A stretch of 64,000 nt of DNA. Source: an uncultured virus (IMG/VR IMGVR_UViG_3300025122_000011). Its lineage: Duplodnaviria > Heunggongvirae > Uroviricota > Caudoviricetes. The notes under the pieces were generated by a model. The model searched no databases. It was not told the DNA's origin and saw only the letters and a list, made by a program, of their open reading frames with translations. Shown here piece by piece: positions 10,154 to 20,435 of this stretch. Both the position numbers and the translations under genes were made by a program. The stretch lies in the IMG/VR virus record IMGVR_UViG_3300025122_000011. One strand, given 5' to 3'. Numbering within the stretch: position 1 is the first letter of the stretch; each line of letters starts with the position of its first letter.

Positions 10154-10520
10154 TACTTTTTCTTCTTGCCCTCGCTGCTGCCCTCGCTGCCCTCGCTGCC
10201 CTTATTTTATCAAACATATGCGTCTGATGCAATCGAAGTTCCTTTGCACGCCTTACCATCTCCGGATTAGGAATAGGCCTCTTAGAGTTGGGGTGGTAAG
10301 CTCCTGTTTTCGGTGGCTCCGCTGGTGGCTCCGCTGGTGGCTCCGCTGGTGGCTCCGCTGGTGGCTCCGCTGGTGGCTTCACTTTTTCCGCATTACGCGT
10401 CGTCCTCTTCGCCTTGGCTTTTTTCAAAGCCTTTAAAATCCAAGGGCTATTTTCCCCACCGTGCTCATCTCCCTGCCGGATCTCTCGCATTTGTCTAAGA
10501 ACTTGTGAGATACTACGCAT
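10143..10520 (-). CDS. Basic protein with PPAE repeats (start probably ATG 10520, not 10571)
   Basis: ATG at 10520 overlaps the end of the upstream gene (ATGCGTAG). Contains (PPAE)x5 and RAA repeats. Confidence 0.6.
   Translation of the reverse strand: MRSISQVLRQMREIRQGDEHGGENSPWILKALKKAKAKRTTRNAEKVKPPAEPPAEPPAEPPAEPPAEPPKTGAYHPNSKRPIPNPEMVRRAKELRLHQTHMFDKIRAARAARAAARARRKSNGK
10312..10378. repeat. Perfect 12-bp tandem repeat GGTGGCTCCGCT x5.6 (encodes PPAE on the minus strand)
   Basis: Read directly from the sequence. Confidence 0.95.
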
Positions 10521-10830
10521 CGTCAGAGCCTTCGTCGTCTTCGTCAGTAGACTCTTCATTGAGTTCTTCAAGAACTTCGCAGATAGTCTCTACGCATTCC
10601 ATGATAGTCTCATCTGAAAGGGCTTCATCCAATTCACTTTCGCACATCGGACAAACGTCTACTTCCTGTTCCGAATCTTCAGCAAGAACTTCTTCCTCGT
10701 TACCGAACATATTAGTTTCGTCAACCTTTTCAGTTTTGTCATTTTTCTCAAGTTTATGACCTATTTGATGCCAAGCAGCACCTTCAAGAAGTTGACTAAC
10801 AAGTTCGTCAGGGACAGTAATGTGATTCAT
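10513..10830 (-). CDS. Acidic hypothetical protein with a CxxC motif; first gene of the head-core operon
   Basis: 105 aa, D/E-rich, VCPMCES. GGAG SD and CTAGATA motif upstream. Confidence 0.7.
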   Translation of the reverse strand: MNHITVPDELVSQLLEGAAWHQIGHKLEKNDKTEKVDETNMFGNEEEVLAEDSEQEVDVCPMCESELDEALSDETIMECVETICEVLEELNEESTDEDDEGSDDA

Positions 10831-10861
10831 AATTAATTCTCCAAATTTGGTTTAGGGGTTA

Positions 10862-10881
10862 CCCATGTCATATCTAGACAT
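10862..10881 (-). promoter_or_regulatory. Putative late promoter CTAGATA inside an ATGTC-N7-GACAT palindrome
   Basis: CCCATGTCATATCTAGACAT is 18/20 identical to 61107-61126. Confidence 0.6.
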
Positions 10882-10912
10882 TTAGACCTTTCAAAAGGGA
10901 TAACTTTACAAT

Positions 10913-11713
10913 TTAGCACTCTTGCACTCTCTTGCTAGAAAATGTAACTTGAACTATGTTAGATGGGCCAACCTTATTCCAACACTTTATCTCAATTTTC
11001 CGATACTCGTCGCTCGTAGTAGTGCCAGTAATTTTGCCTGTAACTGAATCCAGCGTGGCCCCTTTCGGAAGTGCCCCACTGTGCAACTCAAATTTGAAAA
11101 TCGGTTCCGGTGCTTCCAAGCCTTTATTAGCATATTTCGGCAACTTAACACCTGATTGGGTTGTCACTGGAAAACCAGGAAAATTCTTGAACTGAGCGCG
11201 TGAACCTTCCTCAATCATTGGAGTGAAAACTTCAATAAGATTAATTTCATAAGGACACCCCGAGTAGAACTGCCACTCATGGGGAGGGAAGGGTGCTCGT
11301 TTGCCTATATAAGGCATAATGACCCCCTGTGGATACGCTAAGACAGGAACAAGCTTGATATAACCTGTGGTTTCATTCGGATCAGTGCCCGACGTTCCGG
11401 GGCCACCTCCCCCGCCTCCATTAGCAAATACGGTATCGCTACCATTATCAGCAGCATCCCCACAGGTACAACTATCACCATCTCTATGAATTGGAAGATT
11501 TTCAACAAATACATCACTACTTCCTGCACCCGCGAAAACAGAATGAGTTGGGATTTCCCCACAAGGCCCAGGATGGTCGTTGTATTGATCTCCCATTCTC
11601 ATAATCTCAAATCTATTGGCGAATACCTTAGTGCTCCCGATTTTTGGAATCGCAGAAGGCCAGCAGTGACTTTGGGTTTTATCGCCTTCGTATACTCTTA
11701 TTACTTTAGGCAT
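10913..11713 (-). CDS. PAAR spike-tip protein with C-terminal Ig-like (He_PIG-type) extension
   Basis: GD...HC..GSTKVFAN...RMGD...H...GSSDVFVENLPIHRDGDSCTCGD....GSDTVFAN PAAR repeats. C-terminus has SGALPKGATLDSVTGKITGT. Confidence 0.85.
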   Translation of the reverse strand: MPKVIRVYEGDKTQSHCWPSAIPKIGSTKVFANRFEIMRMGDQYNDHPGPCGEIPTHSVFAGAGSSDVFVENLPIHRDGDSCTCGDAADNGSDTVFANGGGGGGPGTSGTDPNETTGYIKLVPVLAYPQGVIMPYIGKRAPFPPHEWQFYSGCPYEINLIEVFTPMIEEGSRAQFKNFPGFPVTTQSGVKLPKYANKGLEAPEPIFKFELHSGALPKGATLDSVTGKITGTTTSDEYRKIEIKCWNKVGPSNIVQVTFSSKRVQEC

Positions 11714-14481
11714 TACTTATTGGCTCTCCCAACTTTAGCGTCATATTTTCTATTTTCATCATTTAGGAATATCAAATCTTCAATAGCCGAATTTCTTATT
11801 GAGCCTAAGCCACTCTTGACAATTGGTGCTCTATTTAAAATCATACCAATTTTTACTCCTCCACGCCCGCCATTAGAAAGCCAATGTGATAATCCAGGAC
11901 CAGCCCTAGTAACCATGATTTCAAAAATCTCATCAGAACTCAAACGCCTGAATACGTCATACCATGTTATACTACTAGTAGGTATCTCATATCTAGCCAG
12001 GATAGTATTATCTATTACTCTATTGATCATCTTACCTATGGCAGATCTAACCCTTGTAGGAGCAGTTGAAGATAAACCAGTTTTAGATGAATAATAAGTA
12101 TCCTGATAGATAGGAGCACTTGTCTCAAATTTGAATACTACATTGTCTACATCAATAGGCTCAAAGAGCCCTACTCTATAAACTCCATCCACATCAACTG
12201 AGAATTCTTTCTCTAAAGTAGTTTCCCAAGTTCCATCTTGTGCCGTATCAATATGTGGAATAAAAGAAGCAGATCTTCTAACACTATGTTCCCACTCTAC
12301 CAATTCAGACATTTCTCCAAATGGATTATGTTTACTACCCCTCCCTGGATAAAGTATTATCCCAAATGGTGTGGTTCGGGGTAGAATTGTGTTCTTTATA
12401 TTGCCCTTGGATGGATAAAAATTGTTGAACGTGATATCACGCATACTCAACTCCATAGACGAGGAGTTATTAGCATAAACCAAAAATGGATCTTCATAGT
12501 CCATACTAGCTGCTAGGACATCAAACCCGTTTGATCTGGCATGAATATTGATTTCATTTACATCAGTAACTCTCTCATAAACAGCCGAAGTCTGACTAAC
12601 TATTGGATTGCTAGTTGGCAGTGATCCTACAGTAGACAAGCTCAACTTGAAATACATTGGAACTATGACAGAGGTTAGATCGTAATCATCCCCAAACTCC
12701 GACTTAGCATAGGTTGAAGTTACAGTGAATCGCATTCCATTATCTTCTCCAATAATGGATAAAGCATTACTTCTAGATTGAGGACTGATTCTATAAGCAT
12801 CCTGAATTTGAGTAGATGCATCTACAACCACTCTAGTAACATCATCAATTAGCGTGGCAGACAAGTAATATCCCCCACCTTCTGCTAGCTCTATAAGAGA
12901 AGAAACATCTTCATTAGCATTAGAAGGATTGGCTAGTCTAACAACCTGTAACCCTTCATTATACAGATCTGCTCCTATAGAATTACCATCACAAGTTGCC
13001 ACAGGCATAGTAACATCCAGATCTGTATTCAGATATCTGTGCTTTCTAAGCATAGGCTTATGAGCATCTTCCCCTACTTCTGGATTGGCTGGAGTAGATT
13101 CTGAATTGATAATACCTAAAGCTGCTTGAGTTTTTACACTAACATCATTTGTTCCAATATATGAAACCCTATCTTCAGTTTGGTGATCAGCCGCTAATGA
13201 TAAGAAATACTCTGGGTCAAACTCACTAATTCTGTTAGTTAGAATCAGAGTCCGTATTGTATCAAGCATGTCTCTAACATCAATGATAAGCCCTCCAGGA
13301 TACCTCAATAAATCCAAAGCCATTAGAAGATCGGGTTGAAGAGCTAAAGCAATATTAGCAGGAGTCATACCCTCAATCAACTGTTCATGCCAAATACCAC
13401 TAGATCCCAACGACCTCAAAGCCCACCCCACAGAATATGGAACTTTTTCTTTGAAAATGTTTGGAAACAAAGTATTAGGAATTATACCCTCCGGTATTCC
13501 TCCATCAGGGAATGTGGTTAGATTGAACTCAGGATCATATATTGTTTTGAAATCAGACTCAGAACCAGGACCAAGAGACTTATCCCTCTCCTTATACAAG
13601 TCCACCTTCTCTACTTGTTTAGGCCTGCCTTTAGCTTGAGGCCCTGCACCACTATCTCTAGCATTAGCTAAAATACTTTCTAAGCTATTCCCTCCCCCTC
13701 CAAATCTACTTCTGCCAAAGTTAGTAGTTTCACCGGTATCTTGTCTTGTAACAGTTGGTCCCCCTCCTCTGACTACGGGAGCATCCCCCCTTCCAACTAT
13801 AACAGGTCCTGATCCTCCAATAGTAGGTCCTGGTCTAACAGGTCCGAACCCTGGAACGCGAGTGGGCGCAGTAGGGCCTGGGGTTACAGGTCCTGATCCT
13901 GGTCCCCCAGTAGTAGGTGCTCCTCCAACAGGTCCTACTACAGGTGGTGGTGGCGGCGCAACAGGGCCTGGGGTTATAGGTCCTGATCCTGGTCCCCCAG
14001 GAGGAGTAGTAGGTCCTGGTCTAACAGGTTTTCCAACAGGTGAAGGTCCTGGCGCAGTAGGGCCTGGGGTTATAGGGCCATGGGGAGGTCCACATTTCCC
14101 AGGAATATCTTGACAGACTGCCTCACACGCTATCTTGGTCTTATGAATACAAACTCGCAGAGCGGGGGGGAGCAACAAATCCGCCTTCAACTCATTCAAA
14201 GTACATTTGAAGCACGCTCGCTCCACAGTATGCCGGATCATTTGCGTGTGCGTGGGGAATCCTGGGGGAGGGCATGGATCCACCGGCCCGAGTATGACGC
14301 ACTTCCACCTCGGTTCTGGAAGTGGTATAACTGGCGGTCTAACAATAGGAGGATTAGGAGGAAGACCCATTGGTCCTCTTGGCTTTATGATTATCTTAGG
14401 TCCTGGTCTTGGTCCTGGCCCACCAATGGGCTTTTTTCCTGGGCGGAATTCTCCGCAATTGAAGATTAGGTTATCTGGCAT
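11713..14481 (-). CDS. Large probable virion protein with Cys-rich and Pro/Gly-repeat N-terminus
   Basis: 922-aa ORF in the tail operon with GP[ITV]TPG repeats; function not recognised. Confidence 0.7.
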   Translation of the reverse strand: MPDNLIFNCGEFRPGKKPIGGPGPRPGPKIIIKPRGPMGLPPNPPIVRPPVIPLPEPRWKCVILGPVDPCPPPGFPTHTQMIRHTVERACFKCTLNELKADLLLPPALRVCIHKTKIACEAVCQDIPGKCGPPHGPITPGPTAPGPSPVGKPVRPGPTTPPGGPGSGPITPGPVAPPPPPVVGPVGGAPTTGGPGSGPVTPGPTAPTRVPGFGPVRPGPTIGGSGPVIVGRGDAPVVRGGGPTVTRQDTGETTNFGRSRFGGGGNSLESILANARDSGAGPQAKGRPKQVEKVDLYKERDKSLGPGSESDFKTIYDPEFNLTTFPDGGIPEGIIPNTLFPNIFKEKVPYSVGWALRSLGSSGIWHEQLIEGMTPANIALALQPDLLMALDLLRYPGGLIIDVRDMLDTIRTLILTNRISEFDPEYFLSLAADHQTEDRVSYIGTNDVSVKTQAALGIINSESTPANPEVGEDAHKPMLRKHRYLNTDLDVTMPVATCDGNSIGADLYNEGLQVVRLANPSNANEDVSSLIELAEGGGYYLSATLIDDVTRVVVDASTQIQDAYRISPQSRSNALSIIGEDNGMRFTVTSTYAKSEFGDDYDLTSVIVPMYFKLSLSTVGSLPTSNPIVSQTSAVYERVTDVNEINIHARSNGFDVLAASMDYEDPFLVYANNSSSMELSMRDITFNNFYPSKGNIKNTILPRTTPFGIILYPGRGSKHNPFGEMSELVEWEHSVRRSASFIPHIDTAQDGTWETTLEKEFSVDVDGVYRVGLFEPIDVDNVVFKFETSAPIYQDTYYSSKTGLSSTAPTRVRSAIGKMINRVIDNTILARYEIPTSSITWYDVFRRLSSDEIFEIMVTRAGPGLSHWLSNGGRGGVKIGMILNRAPIVKSGLGSIRNSAIEDLIFLNDENRKYDAKVGRANK

Positions 14482-16832
14482 TAGAGTAGGTTAATAGTTT
14501 GATCACGTCCTACTCCTAGATAGTGTCCTGAGAAAGTCTTCGGAATACCTGTAACAGTGAATGTAACCGTTGGATAAATGGCAACACCCGCTTGAGGTTC
14601 CCCGTCATATGCCTGAGTGTTATTAGTCTGACGAATGATATCTTCGTTCACGACTGCAAACCCAATGAAATGGTCTCCCTCTCTATTGTTATGGGGAGTT
14701 TTGAAATCGGAACCTGAGTTGTATTTTGTGTCGCCTGCAAGCAAACCCGTCTCTGCCCCGTCTTGCATGTAATCATTAGCTACCCACGCTACGTAGATAG
14801 TAAACTGATCTTCCCTCTTATCAACCCAGGTTCCTACACTTCCCGCAGCAGCTAAGTTATCACCCGTTCGTGCTCTACTCGCAAGAGCAACACAGTTCCA
14901 AAGCTCTACATCAACATTGTAATCCCCCATCCAAGTAACCCCAGTTTTACTAAATGGGACAGTCTTAGACACATAATGAATACACACTTGACCCTTGCTT
15001 CCTAGAATATTGTCTGTTCCAAAAGCAGTAGCCACGTTGGACCTAGCCTGATCTGTGAAACATCCAAAATCTGCTGGATTCAGAGAGCCTCTTTGAATAT
15101 GAGTGTTGATATAGTCATTAGGGAAGTCTCCCTTGCTAGCAAAGTTTCCAACCTGAACCCACTTAGAAAGGTCCCACTGTGGGAAATCTGGCAAGATTGT
15201 AGTGGATGGCAGACTAGTACTATTTACCAACTCAGCCTTAGCCTGAGGAGTTGTAGAGCCCCTATTCTTGACCTTTAGATAATCAATAAGAGCAGCCTCT
15301 ACTCCATATAAAGCTCCTCCAAATATGTAACCAGTAGCTACAGTTCTTGGAGAAGTTGGACTTGTGCCACCACCTTCAGCCCCACCTTTGCTAATAGCCC
15401 CAATCTTAGCATCGTAGTCTTGCATAGCTTTCCGAATTTCCCAGTCCAACTGAGCCTTACCTACAGCGGGGTTAGCCAACGATAATTGTGGCATGGCGGC
15501 AGCGATTCCGGCACGTTCATTGTAGGCTAGTTCAGTTGTCCTGAGAAAAGGTCTAATGTCAATGATAGAAGTATCAGAGATTATGTTAACTCCCGAAGCA
15601 TTGATCGAATCTGTATTTGTAGTAATGATGTATGCAATAGGCAAGATTGACTGGCCTACTAGCAGTGGACTGTCTTCCTCTAGATTTTCTGAAATCACAG
15701 GAGCAACATTCATTAAATCATCTGGTGCTGGGAAAGAACCATGCACATTTAGCTGGGTAAATCCAGAGTCTGTCATTAGCTGGTCAGCAGCATTAGCTAG
15801 AATCCGAGTTTTACCATCGGCATCAATTGCTGACTCTGGCTCATACGTCTTCTCAGTCTGGCCCGCTTCAAAGTTCATCCCAATACCAGCACCATGGACT
15901 AGCCCAAGTTCAGCTTTTGTGATCTGAGTCGGGGAACCATTGACATACTTTCCTACGTAAATTGAGGTTACATCAACTGGCTTGGAATAAATGAATAGAA
16001 GATCAATACGATTAGTAGCTCCTTCTATAGGAGTCTCAACCCCTTTATCATCCTTATAGAAATAGGCATTGGAATTGAAGGGGGGGATAGCAATTGTTAA
16101 TTCTGAGGGAACATCAACAATAGCAGTTCTTGCAGTTCCTGCCCATCTCTTAATACAGTGATTTTCTGCAATGCCGAGAGATCCAAATCCGTGAATCCGA
16201 GCGTCGGACATCTCAAAAGTTTCTACATTATATGTATCAGGGTTTCCTACCTTTTTATTAGCCCAAAGTAAAACCTCGCTTAGTGGAAACACAGCCTTTT
16301 TCAAGCCTATGAGTCCGGTTACTGTGGGACCACCAGCAGCGGTGACATGTGTTGATGGGCGATCTTCGAATGCGGTAGGGTAAGTAAAAGCCCTTTCTAC
16401 TAAACCGTTCATACCTAAGAAGTTATCTAAAATCCTGGTCTTGATCTTATCCAAAGTTGGCTTAAGAACTGAGTGCCCAGTAACACCCGCACTCCAAACA
16501 TCCATTTCTCCTAGAGCATCACCAAATACTTGGGTAAGAATTTGTAGAGTTTGAATCTTGTAAGCATTGTTTACCCTAGCAGTGTATCGACCTGGAAGAA
16601 CTCTAACCACATTATCTTCGCCAGATGAGTAAGGCTTTAGTTCAGCAATATCGCGCCTCGCAACATTAGCAATATTTTGTGGACCTACCTGATCCTTTAG
16701 CCACAATACATTAGCATGGATCTGCTTTAATGGAATATTGTCAACTTCCCAATAGTAAGGGTCGTTGTTCTTAAAATATCTAATAGGGTCAGTGAATTTG
16801 TGAGCACTGTCTTTGAATACGATTTCAGCCAT
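14481..16832 (-). CDS. Putative tail fibre/baseplate appendage protein
   Basis: 783 aa. N-terminal YYWEVDNIPLKQI anchor-like motif is shared with the next gene. Confidence 0.6.
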   Translation of the reverse strand: MAEIVFKDSAHKFTDPIRYFKNNDPYYWEVDNIPLKQIHANVLWLKDQVGPQNIANVARRDIAELKPYSSGEDNVVRVLPGRYTARVNNAYKIQTLQILTQVFGDALGEMDVWSAGVTGHSVLKPTLDKIKTRILDNFLGMNGLVERAFTYPTAFEDRPSTHVTAAGGPTVTGLIGLKKAVFPLSEVLLWANKKVGNPDTYNVETFEMSDARIHGFGSLGIAENHCIKRWAGTARTAIVDVPSELTIAIPPFNSNAYFYKDDKGVETPIEGATNRIDLLFIYSKPVDVTSIYVGKYVNGSPTQITKAELGLVHGAGIGMNFEAGQTEKTYEPESAIDADGKTRILANAADQLMTDSGFTQLNVHGSFPAPDDLMNVAPVISENLEEDSPLLVGQSILPIAYIITTNTDSINASGVNIISDTSIIDIRPFLRTTELAYNERAGIAAAMPQLSLANPAVGKAQLDWEIRKAMQDYDAKIGAISKGGAEGGGTSPTSPRTVATGYIFGGALYGVEAALIDYLKVKNRGSTTPQAKAELVNSTSLPSTTILPDFPQWDLSKWVQVGNFASKGDFPNDYINTHIQRGSLNPADFGCFTDQARSNVATAFGTDNILGSKGQVCIHYVSKTVPFSKTGVTWMGDYNVDVELWNCVALASRARTGDNLAAAGSVGTWVDKREDQFTIYVAWVANDYMQDGAETGLLAGDTKYNSGSDFKTPHNNREGDHFIGFAVVNEDIIRQTNNTQAYDGEPQAGVAIYPTVTFTVTGIPKTFSGHYLGVGRDQTINLL

Positions 16833-19800
16833 TTAGTTCTCTTTAGTTAGGTCAAATGCTGTTGACGATCTATAACCTCGTCCATAACTCTTACCATCGT
16901 TGTCTGGTGAGTCTCCATGTGGAGAAGTGTAAGGTCCATAGATATGAACCTTTTTAGCGAGCCCAGACTTGCCAGTAGCTAGGTGCTTGGCATTAGCAAA
17001 CAGATTTGCAGCAGATTCTTCAAGGAAAATTTGAACTCCTGGACTTAGCATTGCAGAAGCATAATAGAATCCTTTAGTTTGTAGAACCCCAGTGACGGCC
17101 ACTCCACCTCCAAAATCATTCCACTGGACAATATTACCATACAAGGAGCTAACAGAAGTTGATACCTCGAAATCACCAGAGGGTTGATAACCTTGAGAGT
17201 ATAGCTGCTGGGCTAGCCCCCTATGATTGTTACCTGCTACATCATCCATGTGATTTACTACTGGATCAGGGGACAGGAACAGCCTGAATGGTCCCTGGTT
17301 TAGTGGGGATATGCCTTGACCAAACTTGGTTATAAGATGTCCGTGAGGAGGAGTAGGTAGAATCAGCCCTGTAACTGGAGTCCCCCCAGGTGCTGGGGCT
17401 TGTCCGAAATAGTCCAATACACTTAGAGAGCTAGTGTCTGGAGTCCCTGGGGGAGCACTATAAGCTACAACGCCCCCTCCCGCTTCCCACACAGCACTAG
17501 GACCAAAGTATCCAGCGTCAGAAGGATACTCAGCACTTACTGATACATAAGCAGCATGAAGTTCCGAATCCTGTGCAATATTCCAGATGAACAATCTATC
17601 ACAAAGAGAACCAGAACTATCGAAGTAAACCGAAGATGGATTCCAGTATCCGGTAGGGAACATCACATTGTTGACATTTACTTTACTTCCATGCAAAGCC
17701 CTTAGACATACTCCACCACCTGTTAGACCACTAAGACCGTGTAATCCATTAGAGGCTGCTGCCCACGGACCATGCACAACTCCTGTTAGATATTGAAATT
17801 GTTCACTATCAGGGCCTTTATCATCATCATATGCCTCCGTTCCTAATACATCATTACCGACTGTAGAAACTTTGCTTATACCTGCTCCAGTTGCAATAAG
17901 ATAATCCTTAGCATCGTTTGGATTAGGATAGAACTGCATAGAACCAGCACTAACATACATGTCAATACCAAGATCTCCACGAGCAGCATCTGCACTAATA
18001 CTTAGATCGGTTCCAGAGGCTAGAGCAAGCAGACCATTTCCTCCACCCGCAGGACTTCTACCCCAGTGACGTTGATAATCTCCAAGATGCTCCATATTGA
18101 TAATAGACCCATTATCTGCTACCAAACAAGCTCTTGTGCTGTGAAGTTCAACCATTGTGTGGTTTCCCCCCGCAGACAAGTTGAATGAACTAGCATCTAC
18201 ACTTCCATGCTGATTTTCTCTAGGAGGATTGAATGACATCTCAGAATTACGATCAGCCAAAACATCTACACCGAACTGAGCAATAACCGTAGGACCAGTG
18301 AATTCAACTCTAGAGTTGTTATTTGCATACACTCCTGCTGTGAATCTTTGCTTAGTAAAAGCATCCGGGCCTAGCATTCTTGTAGCATAATTCTGAGTTC
18401 CTCGGAACACTGCCTCAGAATTACCATCAACACTCACTAGAGATCCGAAAGCAGGACGATTCGCTGTCTTTACGTCCGCATCTTTACGATTCATAACAGA
18501 GTGAACTAATTCCATCTTAGATCCATTACGAAGTCTAATAGAAGGAATAATATTAGATGTAGTTCCTGGCTTATCCCCTGAGGTATCCACACTAGTTCCA
18601 TGAGGAAGTGTAAACCTCATCAAACCATAATTAGCATCCATAGAACTACCATACACTGGAAGAAAAGTGGAATCATTCAAGTCCAGGTGCATACCATTAC
18701 CCGACAACTGCCACTGATTAGTTAATGACATATTATTGGTAACCGATTGAAAACTAGAATTATACTTAATTTCAGACTTGTAGGCTCTAAGTCCTTCTCT
18801 ATGGTTGGCCTCACACGAAAACTCATCGAATAGAGCATTAGAGTCTATAAGATCCAATCCTCTCATATTGTAGATTGAATCTATACGACCTTTTAGATTA
18901 ATAGTAGATCCTCTAGCTATGAGACCGTTATTAGTGTTAGCCTCTAGAACAACATAAGTCTTAGTGTAAAGAGAATTTAGAGTCCCTTCGGTTGCCATAG
19001 TAGCAGTCTGCTTAAGACCACCTCTAAGAACTGAATTGATTAGGGAAATACCGTTAGTGTTTCTAGTGAACTGAATCATGTCATTCACAGGTAGCACCCC
19101 CGACGCACCACCACGGATATCGAATTCAAACCCAGAAGTTGAACTAACAGTAACTGTGCTATTGAATGCCTTTAGCCCAGCAGTTTCGTCTGTGAATACT
19201 GAGTCATTCATCGCTAGAGCTGACCAGTCTCCGTCAATTCTAGCTCCTCCATTTTGGAGGTAATTCCTATAGGCTATAGCTCCTCTGGTTAGAGTGACAT
19301 CAGAATTTCTGAATACAAATCCATTACCATTGTTTAGAACAGATGCACATCCTTCTAGGACAACTACAGAGTTTTCAATTGTGATTCCATCCTGAACTGC
19401 TCTATCACCGTTTATTAGGAACCCACGAATGTATAAAGGACCAGCACAATTCTTGACTGTGATCTTATCAAGATAATTTCCGTATACCCTTGAGTTGGTA
19501 TTAAGTTGCCCAAGAGCAATTCTTCTAAGCTCGAAAGCTCTACCCAGTATTTGATTGTAAGCACTAGAGTCATAAAGAGCTATCTCTGTAGCATTTGTGT
19601 TGTCATTTTCATACGGAGCACAAGAAACATTAGGATCTCCAGCAGCCCCTGTAACAGTAGGCCCCCTCCCGTTAAGTCCTACAGTAAGACCCCAATTAAA
19701 ACTATTCTTTCCTGGGCCAGCAATGAATACATTAGTCTTACCGCCGAACCTGTGATCTCCATCTGGATGATTTACCACAGGAGTACTAATTGCCAGGGCA

Positions 19801-20435
19801 GATGCTCCCAAAATTTGTTGCTCCAAGGTCCATTCTGGGATAACTGAATGCTTATCATCAATTGCACTAATACCATTGTATAGGCTATACTTACTGTAAG
19901 TTCCTGTCTTTCCAATAGTTCCAGTATTGTAGAAGGATCTTCCATCACTTCCTGTAACATTGAAATCCCCTGACCCATCTCCAGACAAAACATAACTATA
20001 TCCACGGTAAGAGTTTCTGTTTATAATCTCAACTGATCCCCTATCTCCAAAGACAATATCATGGAAGTCTAATTTACCAAGAGAGCCATAACTAGCCACT
20101 TCAATCAAAACTGGAAAATCAATGAACTTCGGAAGAGCATCGATACAAGATGATAGATTCAGAAAGATATTACGGTTACATCCTACATCAGCGGCTGGGG
20201 CATCAGCAGAAACTACCAAGGCTAGCCCAGGAATACATGAAGTTGGGAATCCCAATTTCTCCCAATTGAGATAAGTTCTTTCCTCTAAATCGTAAAGAGG
20301 CTCATTATCTTGCTCCCAATTATAAAAAGAGCTAGTATCATACTTATCCACATTCTCAGTCCAACAGTTGAACAGTTTCGTAGACCCGGAGGTAGTATAA
20401 ATATCAGCGTGATAAATTTCGTTAAATTGTGTCAT
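16833..20435 (-). CDS. Tailspike-like protein with probable right-handed parallel beta-helix
   Basis: 1200 aa with repeated N..nG+.+..S units (DGITIENS, NGFVFRNS, NGISLINS, NGLIARGS, EGLRAYKS). Confidence 0.65.
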   Translation of the reverse strand: MTQFNEIYHADIYTTSGSTKLFNCWTENVDKYDTSSFYNWEQDNEPLYDLEERTYLNWEKLGFPTSCIPGLALVVSADAPAADVGCNRNIFLNLSSCIDALPKFIDFPVLIEVASYGSLGKLDFHDIVFGDRGSVEIINRNSYRGYSYVLSGDGSGDFNVTGSDGRSFYNTGTIGKTGTYSKYSLYNGISAIDDKHSVIPEWTLEQQILGASALAISTPVVNHPDGDHRFGGKTNVFIAGPGKNSFNWGLTVGLNGRGPTVTGAAGDPNVSCAPYENDNTNATEIALYDSSAYNQILGRAFELRRIALGQLNTNSRVYGNYLDKITVKNCAGPLYIRGFLINGDRAVQDGITIENSVVVLEGCASVLNNGNGFVFRNSDVTLTRGAIAYRNYLQNGGARIDGDWSALAMNDSVFTDETAGLKAFNSTVTVSSTSGFEFDIRGGASGVLPVNDMIQFTRNTNGISLINSVLRGGLKQTATMATEGTLNSLYTKTYVVLEANTNNGLIARGSTINLKGRIDSIYNMRGLDLIDSNALFDEFSCEANHREGLRAYKSEIKYNSSFQSVTNNMSLTNQWQLSGNGMHLDLNDSTFLPVYGSSMDANYGLMRFTLPHGTSVDTSGDKPGTTSNIIPSIRLRNGSKMELVHSVMNRKDADVKTANRPAFGSLVSVDGNSEAVFRGTQNYATRMLGPDAFTKQRFTAGVYANNNSRVEFTGPTVIAQFGVDVLADRNSEMSFNPPRENQHGSVDASSFNLSAGGNHTMVELHSTRACLVADNGSIINMEHLGDYQRHWGRSPAGGGNGLLALASGTDLSISADAARGDLGIDMYVSAGSMQFYPNPNDAKDYLIATGAGISKVSTVGNDVLGTEAYDDDKGPDSEQFQYLTGVVHGPWAAASNGLHGLSGLTGGGVCLRALHGSKVNVNNVMFPTGYWNPSSVYFDSSGSLCDRLFIWNIAQDSELHAAYVSVSAEYPSDAGYFGPSAVWEAGGGVVAYSAPPGTPDTSSLSVLDYFGQAPAPGGTPVTGLILPTPPHGHLITKFGQGISPLNQGPFRLFLSPDPVVNHMDDVAGNNHRGLAQQLYSQGYQPSGDFEVSTSVSSLYGNIVQWNDFGGGVAVTGVLQTKGFYYASAMLSPGVQIFLEESAANLFANAKHLATGKSGLAKKVHIYGPYTSPHGDSPDNDGKSYGRGYRSSTAFDLTKEN

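Noticed and set aside
10116..10498. Plus-strand ORFs with (WLRW)n and (APLV)n repeats
   Set aside because: Alternate-frame readings of the 12-bp repeat; the minus-strand PPAE frame fits the operon.
17377..17450. Additional GGAGTCCC matches
   Set aside because: They are inside the tailspike coding sequence (GTP codons on the minus strand), lack the leading A and the paired context, and are probably coincidental.
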